DNA of 39,959 nt from a virus, in IMG/VR virus record IMGVR_UViG_3300026235_000001, positions 1-39,959 of that record; one strand, written 5' to 3'. Every line of letters begins with the position of its first letter. The first letter of the stretch is position 1. Position numbers and translations under genes: made by a program. The notes below the pieces were generated by a model. That model did no database searches, was not told the DNA's origin, and saw nothing but the letters and a program-made list of their open reading frames with translations. Below are positions 16,800 to 26,749 of this stretch, in pieces.

Positions 16800-17124
16800 A
16801 CGCATGTTAGTTGATACTGTCACGATTCAAAAACCAACGGGAGAAAAGGACGGTTGGGGAAAAGTAACATATGATGAGCCCAAAACCCTTAAACCCGTTA
16901 GATTTGATAGGGCTGTATCTCACACTGGCAGTGGTCAAAATCGAACTGAGAATAATTTCTCGGTTCTCATGATCTATCCGAAATATACACCCATTGAGTT
17001 GGATGATAGTTGGTTGAATGGTCGAGTAAATGACACTCACCGAGACTACATCATCCGTAAAATTATTCCTCAATATCATCCGTTTAAGCACACTATCTTG
17101 TGTTATGAAGTCGAGGTGATTTGA
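16789..17124 (+). CDS. Head closure / head-tail adaptor protein
   Basis: Start taken at ATG 16789, overlapping the previous stop; call rests on position. Confidence 0.5.
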   Translation: MIDKRMLVDTVTIQKPTGEKDGWGKVTYDEPKTLKPVRFDRAVSHTGSGQNRTENNFSVLMIYPKYTPIELDDSWLNGRVNDTHRDYIIRKIIPQYHPFKHTILCYEVEVI

Positions 17125-17519
17125 TGGGTGCTGATGTAACTATTAAGGTAGATTTGCAGGGGCTTGAAAAGAAATGCAGTCCTGAAGCGGTCAGACGTGG
17201 ACAGATTGCCATGAGTAATCAAATGCTCTTGGACATGAACAAGTACACACCAGTTCAATCTGGACACTTACGAGGCAGTGGACACTCTAACGTTGATACG
17301 TTGGTATGGTCTACACCTTATGCAAGAATTAGGTTCTACAATCGTAGGCTGAAGCTTTTCTTCTCAGAGAAACAGCGTAAGTTCTTCTTTGCAAACAAAG
17401 ATAGACTGCTAGCTCACAAACCTAAACCGGGAACTGGTGGACGGTGGGACAAGAAAGCTGCCGCTAAACACAGTAAACAGTGGGGGCAAGTAGCCCTTAG
17501 AGCGATGGGAGTTAAATAG
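17121..17519 (+). CDS. Minor capsid / tail-completion-type protein
   Basis: Position; LLDMNKYTPVQSGHLRGSG motif. Confidence 0.45.
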   Translation: MMGADVTIKVDLQGLEKKCSPEAVRRGQIAMSNQMLLDMNKYTPVQSGHLRGSGHSNVDTLVWSTPYARIRFYNRRLKLFFSEKQRKFFFANKDRLLAHKPKPGTGGRWDKKAAAKHSKQWGQVALRAMGVK

Positions 17520-17923
17520 TGAATAATAACGATTTTTCAGAGGTGTTGCAGGACTTCCTAGCAGGTCTAGGCTTGCCACTAACACCTCGACTAGATTACC
17601 TAAACGAAGGTGAAGACTTGGTAATATACGCATTGCCTGGTGGCAAGGTTGAAGACGAAGACATGGCTGGCACACAGATTTTGTCATTGCCTTTTGAAAT
17701 CGCCATCAAATCTAAAGATCAGCAAAAAGTAAATGCGACACTTTGGAAAATCAACACTGAGCTTTCCAAAATCGGTCTTGAATTACCAAGTTTGAACAAT
17801 TCTTACACATTCTTGTCATTGAAAGTTGAGACACCAAGCCTTAACGATGTCAATGACCAAGACTATTACATTTACTTACTTGATTTGCAAGCAACAATTG
17901 AAGTAGAAAGGAGCCTTAATTAA
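17519..17923 (+). CDS. Minor capsid / tail terminator-type protein
   Basis: GTG start overlapping the previous stop; call rests on position. Confidence 0.45.
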   Translation: MNNNDFSEVLQDFLAGLGLPLTPRLDYLNEGEDLVIYALPGGKVEDEDMAGTQILSLPFEIAIKSKDQQKVNATLWKINTELSKIGLELPSLNNSYTFLSLKVETPSLNDVNDQDYYIYLLDLQATIEVERSLN

Positions 17924-18489
17924 TGGCTAAATTTAAAAATGCGATTCGCAAACACTATATCGCACCGTTCGATTCAGAACATCCAGACACTCCACCAACC
18001 GAAGATAAATATATGTGGATCGCTAAAGGTATCAAAGAATCTGCGCCAGAAAACGATGCAGAAGACGATGACGTTGCTTATTTCGATGGCGACGGAACTA
18101 AAGAAAAGGTTATCACTTCAAAATCTCGTGGTCGTTCGTTCGAAGGGCACCGTGACTATGCTGATAAAGCTCAAAACTTTGTCGTAGATAAAGAGGATGC
18201 TGTAGCTGATGACCTTATCGTTTGGTACAAAGAAGTTACTGCTGATGGTAAGACTTACAAAGAAGGTCTTGCTCGACTTTCCGAAATTGAAGTCGGTGAC
18301 GGTGAAGCGTCTGAGCTTGAAACAATCAAGTTCCAAGTCAACTGGTCACGCACACCAGAAAAACACGAAGTTACTGCATCACCAGTCGCAGCTGGCACTG
18401 GTTCAGAAACTTCTGGACGTACAGCGTCACCAGACCCTAGTCGTTCTGGTGCTTCATCAGAAACTGGCACACCAGTCGTAGGCGGATAA
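17923..18489 (+). CDS. Major tail protein
   Basis: 188 aa, upstream of the chaperone and TMP genes and followed by a strong terminator. Confidence 0.6.
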   Translation: MAKFKNAIRKHYIAPFDSEHPDTPPTEDKYMWIAKGIKESAPENDAEDDDVAYFDGDGTKEKVITSKSRGRSFEGHRDYADKAQNFVVDKEDAVADDLIVWYKEVTADGKTYKEGLARLSEIEVGDGEASELETIKFQVNWSRTPEKHEVTASPVAAGTGSETSGRTASPDPSRSGASSETGTPVVGG

Positions 18490-18520
18490 TCTAATTAAAT
18501 AAAACAAAGATAAGACAACT

Positions 18521-18555
18521 AAGAGGGTGGGGTTAGCCCTTACCCTCTTTTTTTC
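18521..18555 (+). terminator. Rho-independent terminator after the major tail gene
   Basis: Stem aagagggt 18521-18528 / accctctt 18542-18549, then a T-run. Confidence 0.75.
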
Positions 18556-18577
18556 GTATTAAAGGAGAAAAAATAAC

Positions 18578-18940
18578 ATGGTAGTAATTAAAAAACGTAG
18601 CAATGTCATTCCGGTCGATTTCGGTGAGTTCCAACTTAATTTCCCAGTGTCAGACGGCAATATTCAACGCATGAAGGCCGTTGGTGAGGATTTGCAAGCC
18701 AAAGGGCAAGCGTTCCAAGAAACAAGCGATGAAGAAGCTCTTGGAGCGTTGAAAGCATTGGTAGAAGATGGTTTCAATCAAGTGTTTGACGATGAAGAAG
18801 CGTTCAAACAAGTCTATGCATTTGCTGGTCAGTCAACAATTAACGCTATGTTCTATCTGATTGAAGCCATCAAGGGTATTTCAGAGGAATTTGAAAGCCA
18901 GAATTCAAAAGCAGCCCTCGATAAATATCTAAATGCTTGA
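18578..18940 (+). CDS. Tail assembly chaperone
   Basis: 120 aa, acidic, two genes upstream of the TMP. Confidence 0.55.
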   Translation: MVVIKKRSNVIPVDFGEFQLNFPVSDGNIQRMKAVGEDLQAKGQAFQETSDEEALGALKALVEDGFNQVFDDEEAFKQVYAFAGQSTINAMFYLIEAIKGISEEFESQNSKAALDKYLNA

Positions 18941-19544
18941 TTTATCACGAAAACTAACAGACAAGTTAGTAATCGATGATGAAGAATTTCCTCTTAATCT
19001 GTCTTTTGATAATGTTCTCCGGCTCTTTGAGATGTGGAGGGACGAAGATGTTCCAGAGTTTGTTAAGCCACACTTTGGCATTCGAATCTTGACCGGTGAG
19101 ACTTTAGAAGACTTCACCGTTGAGGAAATGTCTGAGGTGTTTAACGAGGTTTTCGAAGAGCATATCAGCCTTTCAACAGTCGAGGACAATCATGTTGAGT
19201 ATGACTTGGCAGGCAACCCCATGAAGACCACGGCAAGCAATGGCAAACAAGAGCAGGCACCTTACGATATTCGCTACGACGGTGACTATATCTATGCGTC
19301 GTTCTTGCAGGCCTATGGCATTGATCTATTCGATGTCCAGGGCGAGCTTCACTGGAAGAAGTTTAACGCTCTACTGTCTGGATTGCCGGAGGGAACGAAA
19401 TTCATGGAAGTTGTCAAGATTCGTAAATGGAAACCACAAAAGGGCGACTCGGCAGAGTACAAAGAGGAAATGCGTAAGCTTCAGAAAGATTATGCTCTCC
19501 CTTACGAGATTGTCGAGGAAGAAGAATACGAAGAAGAATTTTAG
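18933..19544 (+). CDS. Gp15-like tail assembly protein
   Basis: 203 aa with an acidic C-terminus EEEEYEEEF, directly upstream of the TMP. It has no SD and is in the +1 frame relative to the previous ORF. Confidence 0.5.
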   Translation: MLDLSRKLTDKLVIDDEEFPLNLSFDNVLRLFEMWRDEDVPEFVKPHFGIRILTGETLEDFTVEEMSEVFNEVFEEHISLSTVEDNHVEYDLAGNPMKTTASNGKQEQAPYDIRYDGDYIYASFLQAYGIDLFDVQGELHWKKFNALLSGLPEGTKFMEVVKIRKWKPQKGDSAEYKEEMRKLQKDYALPYEIVEEEEYEEEF

Positions 19545-19560
19545 AAAGGAGGGATAATCT

Positions 19561-22500
19561 ATGGCAGATGGTACAGTCACCATCAAGGCGTTATTTGACG
19601 GCAAAGACGCTGAGAGTGGGGCTAAACGTATCAAAGGGGCGTTAGAAGGCTTGAAAGGTTCAGCTGGTAAAGTCGGTTCGGTCTTCAAATCTGTTCTCGG
19701 TGCTAACTTAATCGGTGGTGCTATCATGGGCGGTATTAGTGCCCTTGGTAATGGCATGAAATCCATGGTTGGTGAGCTTAATAGCTCGACTAAAGCATGG
19801 AAGACTTTTGAAGGCAACATGCAACAGATTAACATGCCTACTGACCAAATCAAGCAAGTCAAAGGCGAGTTACAGGACTTTGCGACCAAGACAATCTATT
19901 CAGCGTCCGACATGGCTTCTACCTACTCTCAGTTAGCGGCTGTAGGAACAAAGAATACAACCGAGCTTGTTAAAGGTTTCGGTGGCCTTGCGGCAGCGGC
20001 GGAGAATCCACAACAAGCCATGAAGACCTTGAGTCAACAAGCTACCCAAATGGCTGCTAAGCCTAAAGTCCAGTGGCAAGACTTCAAACTTATGCTAGAG
20101 CAAACGCCTGCAGGTATTGCCGCCATTGCAAAAGAAATGGGCATGAGTACCGCTGAAATGGTCCAAGCAGTCCAAGACGGCAAGATTAAGACCGAGGACT
20201 TCTTTGACGCCATTGCTAAAGTGGGGAACAACGACACATTCAGCAAAATGGCCACAGAGTTCAAAACCGTTGACCAAGCTATTGATGGGATGAAAGAGTC
20301 TCTTGCTAATAAGCTAATGCCACAGTTTGAGAAACTCAATCAAATCGGTATCAAGGCAGTTGTCGGGCTCACTGATGCACTCGAAAGGGTTGATATCAAT
20401 GGAATCGCTGACAAGATTGGCAGTGGGTTACAGTCGCTTTGGAAGGGTTTCTCTAATACAGGAGCTTTGAAAAATCTAGGTGCTACCTTCACTTACATTT
20501 CAAGCTCAATCAAGCAGCTATTTAGCAAGATTGATGGTAGCAAGCTCATGCAGGGTATTGGTTCAGTGTTTGGTGACATTGCTAACGGTATCTCACAAGC
20601 CTTGAATGTTGCTACGACATCGGTTAGAAGTTTCATCAGCTCGTTTGCTGACACTGGAGCGTTTCAATCGTTCAAGGCAGCAGTGCAAGATACTTGGAAC
20701 GCCCTCAAGGCTATCGGTTCGTCGCTTGGTGAGGTGCTTGGTAGCTCACAAACGCAGTCAATCATTGCAGGGCTTGGCTCAGCTCTTGGAACACTAGTTA
20801 GCTGGATTTCTCAAGCAGTTTCAGCAATTTCTAGGTTTATCAGTGCAATTCCGCCGGGAATCTTAAACGGTATCACTAGCGGTATTTTGGCAATGGTAGC
20901 AGGTTTTATGACTGCCAAAGCTGGGATTTCAGCGGTAGGCGTTGCATTGAAAGGGTTAGACTTCCTTAAAAGTCTCAATCCATTCAAGAAGTTTGGAAGC
21001 GATGCAGCAGAAGGAACAGAACAAGCTGCTAATAGTGCGAGACGTTCTAAATCAACGATTACTCAACTATTTAGTGGAATATCCAACGTTATCAAGTCTT
21101 CTGGTAATGCAATCAAAGGAATCTTGACAGCCATATTCAAAGGTATTGCTGAAACTTACAAAGGTTTCGGACAAGGAATGAAATACGTTTTACAAGGTCT
21201 TAAAGGATTGAATCCAGCGACCTTGCTTTCATTCGGTGCTGCCGTAGCCGTTGCCGCAGTCGGAATCGGTGCAGGGATTGCATTGATCGTGGCTTCATTC
21301 TCACTATTAGCAAGCCATGCCAGTGGTGTTTCCCAAATTATTGGCTCTATCGGTTCAGCGTTCGGAACTGTTGTCGAATCTATCGGAAAGGCAGCTGGGT
21401 CTATCGTTGAAGCCTTTGGCACGGCATTCGGTATCGTCATTAAGGCAGTCGGTGAAGCTGCACCGGGACTCGCCAAACTTTCACCGCTGGTTGAAGCTAT
21501 CGGAACTGCTCTAGGCAATGCAGCCCCAGCCATTACAGCGTTTGGGAATGCTTGGGCGTCTATTTTAGGGACGTTGCCAGCTATCATTGGTGCATTCAGC
21601 GGACTAGTTTCTGCTATAGGCTCAGCAATTAGCCAGATAGCTACAGCAGTAACTCCGATTGTTCAAATCATCGGGAACACAATCACGGCAGTAGCTCAAA
21701 TCATCGCTAACGCTATCGTGGCAATCGCTCCGGTAATTTCAAATTGTATCGTTCAAGTTGCTCAAGTGATTGGTCAATTTGGGCCACAGATTGCAATGGT
21801 TTTACAAGTAATCGTGCAAGGTATCCAAGCAACGGCACCGGTCATTATAACCTTAATTCAAGGAATTGTTACAGTCGTTCAAACAATGGCACCGGTCATT
21901 AGTCAAGTGATTTCTGCCATCGTTACGGTTGTACAAACTCTCGCACCTATCATCAGCCAAATCATTTCAGCGATTGTGACAGCTATCACTCAAATCGTAC
22001 CTATAATCACGGCAATCGGTGGTGTGATTAGTGCTGCATTTAGTGGCATTGCATCGGTTGTGTCAGCAGCAGGAATGGCAATTGCTACCGCTGCAATGGG
22101 TATCGGTACGGCTATTAGTACGGCTCTTAGTGGTGTGGCAAGCATTATTAGTGCTACTGGTTCAGCTATCGGAGCAGCCTTGCAAGGCATTGCTAGCGTA
22201 GTGCAATCAGTTGGTACTTCAATCAGCACAGCGGCTCAGGGTATCGGAAACGGCATTAAGTCAGCGTTTGAAGGTATTTCAAGTGTGATCACATCCGCTG
22301 GTAGTGCAATCAGTAGCGTATTGAATAGTCTTGCTAATGTGTTCAACTCAATCGGAACCGCAGCTCAAAAAGCGGGGTCTGGATTCAATCAGCTTGCCAA
22401 TGGTGTGGTCAAGATTACCAATACCAACCTAGGGGACATGGCTGCATCTCTTGCAGCAGTAGCCAAAGGTGTTGGGTCTATCGGTAATAACTCAGCCGGT

Positions 22501-24168
22501 CTAGCTCAAGCTGGTACTGGTATGACCCAACTCGGAAACGGTATGAGCAAGGTATCTAGCTCAGCATCTAGTGCTGTATCTGGATTGACATCATTCTCTA
22601 GCACGATTACAAGTATTCAGTCATCATTCACTAACTTACAATCATTGTTGACTACGGCAGGAACTGCATTCAGTACGTTCTCTAGTCAGGCTAGTCAATC
22701 ACTTGCTGGTTTAACGGCTATTGTAGCCCCTATCACAGCGTTTAGAACGCAAATCATGACACTAGCACCAGCCTTGATGGTGGCAGCGACTGGTTTAACT
22801 CAGTTCAGTACAGTTTCAATGACGCTCACTGCTAGCATGACTTCTATCAGCTCAAGCATGACTATGCTAACTACTAGTTTAACTATGTTAGCTACTCAGT
22901 TAACTATGATCACTACTAGTATGACCATGATGGCTACTAGCTCAACTATGCTAGGTACTAGCTTAACGCTAGTAGGTACGCAATTCATGATGATTGGTAC
23001 TTCACTAACCATGCTAAACACTCAATTCATGATGTTCGCTACCAGCTTAATGCAAATGACAAGCCAGCTCATGATGGCAGGTTCAGCAGTGACCATGTTT
23101 GGTGCTCAGCTCATGACTGCTCAGACTGGTTTCAGCATGGTTTCCATGATGGCTACCATGGTATCTAGTCAGCTTGCTATGCTTGCTAGCTCAGCCCAAA
23201 TGGCAGGAGCAGGGCTTGCAATGGTAAGTGCTCAAGTCATGATGCTTGCTAGCGTATTTGCTACAGTCGGAGCAGCAGCTATGACTTTACAAGCTACAAT
23301 GATGTCGCTTGGTATGGCAGTGAGTGCAGGCATGATGTCAGCAGTTCAAGCGGTAACTTCGGGTGCTATGCAAATGACAGCGGCTCTACGTTCTAGTGGC
23401 ACACAAATGGTTGCTAGCACGCAAGCCTTCATGAATCAGATTGTCTCAGCGGTCCGAAACGGCATGAACCAAGTCGTTGCTGCCATTCGTGCCGGTGGTG
23501 CTCAAATGGTATCAGCTATGCAAGCAAGCGGACAACAATTAGTTGCAGTTACGCAAGCAGCAGTTAACCAAGCGGCAGCCGCAGCTAGAGCTGGTTATGG
23601 TGCTTTCTTCTCAGCCGGTGCTTACATGGGTCAAGGTCTTGCCGCCGGTCTTAACTCAGCTCTTGGAGCAGTTACAGCGGCAGCAAACGCCTTAGTAGCA
23701 CAAGCAGAACGAGCAGCAAGAGCGAAAGCCAAAATCAACTCACCTTCACACTTGTTCCGTGATGAAGTCGGTTGGTGGATTGGTCTTGGTATCGCTCGAG
23801 GTATCGACGAATCAGCCCCAGAGGTAGCTAATAGCCTTGATTACATCCGTGACCAAGTTAACGGCTTCAATGTTCGAGCTAATGCCATGCTCACTGGTGC
23901 TACTTCAAACATGGCCAGTCAGCTCAAGATGGAAGTGCTCAGAGATAAAACCCCAGACGCTACGATTTCAGCACGTCAAGAAGCGTATGCTGCACATTCA
24001 GCTGGCTTGCTTAGTGATGTTATCGATGCATTGGGAGAGCTTAAAGACCAAGTGGCACAAGGTCAAAACATGGTGTTAGACACTGGTGCTCTAGTCGGTG
24101 GCACAGTTAATAACTTCAATAGTGCCATTGATACGATTAAAACACTGAAAGGACGACACAGACTATGA
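19561..24168 (+). CDS. Tape measure protein
   Basis: 1535 aa, A/S/G/I/M-rich helical repeats, the largest gene in the tail module. Confidence 0.9.
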   Translation: MADGTVTIKALFDGKDAESGAKRIKGALEGLKGSAGKVGSVFKSVLGANLIGGAIMGGISALGNGMKSMVGELNSSTKAWKTFEGNMQQINMPTDQIKQVKGELQDFATKTIYSASDMASTYSQLAAVGTKNTTELVKGFGGLAAAAENPQQAMKTLSQQATQMAAKPKVQWQDFKLMLEQTPAGIAAIAKEMGMSTAEMVQAVQDGKIKTEDFFDAIAKVGNNDTFSKMATEFKTVDQAIDGMKESLANKLMPQFEKLNQIGIKAVVGLTDALERVDINGIADKIGSGLQSLWKGFSNTGALKNLGATFTYISSSIKQLFSKIDGSKLMQGIGSVFGDIANGISQALNVATTSVRSFISSFADTGAFQSFKAAVQDTWNALKAIGSSLGEVLGSSQTQSIIAGLGSALGTLVSWISQAVSAISRFISAIPPGILNGITSGILAMVAGFMTAKAGISAVGVALKGLDFLKSLNPFKKFGSDAAEGTEQAANSARRSKSTITQLFSGISNVIKSSGNAIKGILTAIFKGIAETYKGFGQGMKYVLQGLKGLNPATLLSFGAAVAVAAVGIGAGIALIVASFSLLASHASGVSQIIGSIGSAFGTVVESIGKAAGSIVEAFGTAFGIVIKAVGEAAPGLAKLSPLVEAIGTALGNAAPAITAFGNAWASILGTLPAIIGAFSGLVSAIGSAISQIATAVTPIVQIIGNTITAVAQIIANAIVAIAPVISNCIVQVAQVIGQFGPQIAMVLQVIVQGIQATAPVIITLIQGIVTVVQTMAPVISQVISAIVTVVQTLAPIISQIISAIVTAITQIVPIITAIGGVISAAFSGIASVVSAAGMAIATAAMGIGTAISTALSGVASIISATGSAIGAALQGIASVVQSVGTSISTAAQGIGNGIKSAFEGISSVITSAGSAISSVLNSLANVFNSIGTAAQKAGSGFNQLANGVVKITNTNLGDMAASLAAVAKGVGSIGNNSAGLAQAGTGMTQLGNGMSKVSSSASSAVSGLTSFSSTITSIQSSFTNLQSLLTTAGTAFSTFSSQASQSLAGLTAIVAPITAFRTQIMTLAPALMVAATGLTQFSTVSMTLTASMTSISSSMTMLTTSLTMLATQLTMITTSMTMMATSSTMLGTSLTLVGTQFMMIGTSLTMLNTQFMMFATSLMQMTSQLMMAGSAVTMFGAQLMTAQTGFSMVSMMATMVSSQLAMLASSAQMAGAGLAMVSAQVMMLASVFATVGAAAMTLQATMMSLGMAVSAGMMSAVQAVTSGAMQMTAALRSSGTQMVASTQAFMNQIVSAVRNGMNQVVAAIRAGGAQMVSAMQASGQQLVAVTQAAVNQAAAAARAGYGAFFSAGAYMGQGLAAGLNSALGAVTAAANALVAQAERAARAKAKINSPSHLFRDEVGWWIGLGIARGIDESAPEVANSLDYIRDQVNGFNVRANAMLTGATSNMASQLKMEVLRDKTPDATISARQEAYAAHSAGLLSDVIDALGELKDQVAQGQNMVLDTGALVGGTVNNFNSAIDTIKTLKGRHRL

Positions 24169-24893
24169 TTACTAAAATCAAAGAATATATAGCGTTTGGC
24201 GATTTTAACAGTCGGGATGCTGGGTGGTACTTGCAGAAACGTGAAGCACCAACGCCAGAAGAGAAGGAAATCGTTGAGTCTATCCCCTTCATGCAAGGGG
24301 AACTCGACTTTTCTAGTATTTTGGGGGAGCGTGTGTTTAAGCCTAGAGAAATTACATACGAGTTTAAACTGCCATTCACCGAATACGAGTCCAGAAAGAC
24401 CGCAGAACGTGAGATTAAGTCCCGTATGGCGACTAAAACGGAAAGAAAACTATTCGATACTCACGATAGGCGTTATTACTGGATGGGAAAAATCAAGAGT
24501 ATCAAGGTAGCCGATGATCCAATTAAGAAGAATCTGGTTGCTACTATCGTATTCAAATGCTATCCGTTCGCCTTCCACGAGCACGACTACTTTGATGATG
24601 TATGGGACACCTTCGATTTTGAAAATGACGACTCAACATGGACTAAATGGCAGTTGGGTTATAAGAAAGCCGAGAAAACAATCTATTTCGTTAATTCTGG
24701 CGATACAGCTATCAATCCAGTGGTTTACTGCGATGAAGATGTAACGTTAACTGACCAAGATGGCACAATTTACAATCTGAAACGTGGCGAAAACAGAGAG
24801 TTTGCATTAACTCTCTACCAAGGTATTAACTATTTCAAGGCTAAAGGCAATGGCACTATTGCCATGCACTACAATAATGAGGTGATGGCATAA
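24165..24893 (+). CDS. Distal tail protein (Dit)
   Basis: 242 aa immediately after the TMP; N-terminus FGDFNSRDAGWYLQKREAPTPEEKEIVESIPFMQGELDFS is typical of siphovirus tail-family proteins. Confidence 0.7.
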   Translation: MITKIKEYIAFGDFNSRDAGWYLQKREAPTPEEKEIVESIPFMQGELDFSSILGERVFKPREITYEFKLPFTEYESRKTAEREIKSRMATKTERKLFDTHDRRYYWMGKIKSIKVADDPIKKNLVATIVFKCYPFAFHEHDYFDDVWDTFDFENDDSTWTKWQLGYKKAEKTIYFVNSGDTAINPVVYCDEDVTLTDQDGTIYNLKRGENREFALTLYQGINYFKAKGNGTIAMHYNNEVMA

Positions 24894-26749
24894 TGAAGGT
24901 TGAAGTATTTAACGTTAGCCATACCGGCTACAGTGTCAAAGTGTCTGGTGTCGTCAATGACGCAAGACTTGCAAAGGTGCTGTTTCCGACTTGGAGTAAG
25001 AAGGAGAATTGGTCGGATGAATTTGGTAGAGTAGTAGACCAAGACGATGTTTATTGGTACCCAGGGGTGAGGTGGGGTGACGATTGGTACTGCACCATCG
25101 ATATTTCAAATCACAACCACGATAGCGGTGAGTATCGCACCGATATCTATCTACTTCATTACGATAACAGTCTAGAGGGAGTTGATACCAAAACAATCAC
25201 AATCCCAGACCCACCAGAGACTATCCGAAAAAAAGGTGGATACGCTGTTTACTGGTGGCCTGATTTCAACGCTAGGCGTGGGGATAAGCTTTGTCGCACT
25301 ACTGATGGACGGAAGACAATTCACAATCCATATAGTGCCAAAGGCGGGAAAATCATAGCTGGTGAAGTCACTCAAGCGCTCAACACTATTCATGAATTTA
25401 CGTTTGCTATCCCATTCAGTCACCCACTCTACAATAAGATGGTACCATTTAAATCAATCGTTGAAGTAGTCAACCTCCACGATGGAGCAATTGAATTTGT
25501 TGGTCGTGTCTTAACCACGACTAATGAAATGACAACAGACGGCTTCGCTCAAAAAGTAACGTGTGAAGATTTCCTATCATATCTCCACGATTCGTCCCAA
25601 TGGTTCCAAAAATTGCCAAACCGTGGGGCAGGGCAATATCTGTTCGAAATGTTAAAAGTGGCCAACAGTCAAGTCGAAGACTACAAGCGTTATCATTTGT
25701 ATAGCGTTACTGTCAACAGCAAAACAGATAAGCCGTTTCGTTATATTGGGTATGAATCTAGTTGGGATTGTGTCCGAGAGCGTATTATCAACAATATCGG
25801 TGGATATTTAAGGGTTTATGAGCGAAACACCGTACTGTGTTTAGACTGGACGAAAGACATTGGAGAGGTCAAGAAGTCGCCTATCCAAATTGGTAAAAAT
25901 ATCAAGTCTGCTAGTCGAACACTTGATTTTGACGGGCTTGCCACTCAAATCATGCCCGTTGGTGCGGATGTGCAAAAAGACCAACCAGACCAAGACCAAA
26001 GCCCCGATGTTACAAGGGAGCAGATTACAATTTGGAATGTCAATAATCACAGCCTATTCCTAGAAGACAAGGAACTCATTAAGGAATTTGGCATTATCCG
26101 TAAGCCAGTAATCTGGACGGAAATCGACAATCCTAGCGTTCTTCTAGCCCGTGGGAAACAATATCTGCGAAATCAAAAGATTGCCCTAGCGAAATGGACA
26201 ATCTCAGCAGTTGAGCGCTATTTGATTGATGATCGTTATGATAAATTTGAAATCGGGAATAAGCACCCAATTATCAACGCTCCTTTATCTGGTATCGAAA
26301 GTTTGCAAATCTTAGAGAAAAAAATTGATATACTGAATCCACAGTCAGTTGAGTTAACGATTGGCTCACAATCTCAATCACTCGCAGCCTATCAATTGCA
26401 GTTGCAAGAGGCGGAAAACTCTATTGAACGAGTTAAACAGAACACCTCTATTACTGACAAGACTAAACGTTTGAAAGCTCTACAGAGTCAACTTACGACA
26501 CTTAAGAATAGACCTAACACGGAGCCAATAGCACCAACGTACCCTAACCCACCTAAACCAGATGCTTCACAAAATGAATTGATTGCGTATGATAAAGCGT
26601 TTGCTGACTATCTTGTTGCGAAAGCTAACTACGATAATCAACTCGCTTCATTCCAGATGGACGAGCAAGAGCGTACTAGGACGATTAGGGACATTGAAGC
26701 TGAGATTGCACGATTGCAGAATGAATTAAAAACAGAAGGAGGTAATTAA
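24893..26749 (+). CDS. Tail-associated protein (Tal, prophage-tail type) with an extra N-terminal beta-rich domain and a C-terminal coiled coil
   Basis: AIPFSHPLYNKMVPFKSIVEVVNLHDGAIEFVGRVL is a prophage-tail motif that begins at about aa 170. aa 1-105 resemble a Bsp-like repeat (WYPGVRWGDDWYCTIDISNH). Confidence 0.65.
   Translation: MKVEVFNVSHTGYSVKVSGVVNDARLAKVLFPTWSKKENWSDEFGRVVDQDDVYWYPGVRWGDDWYCTIDISNHNHDSGEYRTDIYLLHYDNSLEGVDTKTITIPDPPETIRKKGGYAVYWWPDFNARRGDKLCRTTDGRKTIHNPYSAKGGKIIAGEVTQALNTIHEFTFAIPFSHPLYNKMVPFKSIVEVVNLHDGAIEFVGRVLTTTNEMTTDGFAQKVTCEDFLSYLHDSSQWFQKLPNRGAGQYLFEMLKVANSQVEDYKRYHLYSVTVNSKTDKPFRYIGYESSWDCVRERIINNIGGYLRVYERNTVLCLDWTKDIGEVKKSPIQIGKNIKSASRTLDFDGLATQIMPVGADVQKDQPDQDQSPDVTREQITIWNVNNHSLFLEDKELIKEFGIIRKPVIWTEIDNPSVLLARGKQYLRNQKIALAKWTISAVERYLIDDRYDKFEIGNKHPIINAPLSGIESLQILEKKIDILNPQSVELTIGSQSQSLAAYQLQLQEAENSIERVKQNTSITDKTKRLKALQSQLTTLKNRPNTEPIAPTYPNPPKPDASQNELIAYDKAFADYLVAKANYDNQLASFQMDEQERTRTIRDIEAEIARLQNELKTEGGN

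Noticed and set aside
18900-18960. Programmed -1 frameshift joining the two tail chaperone ORFs
   Set aside because: The downstream ORF is in the +1 frame, not -1, and starts with its own ATG. I saw no slippery heptamer. The missing SD is noted in the feature, but no frameshift is claimed.
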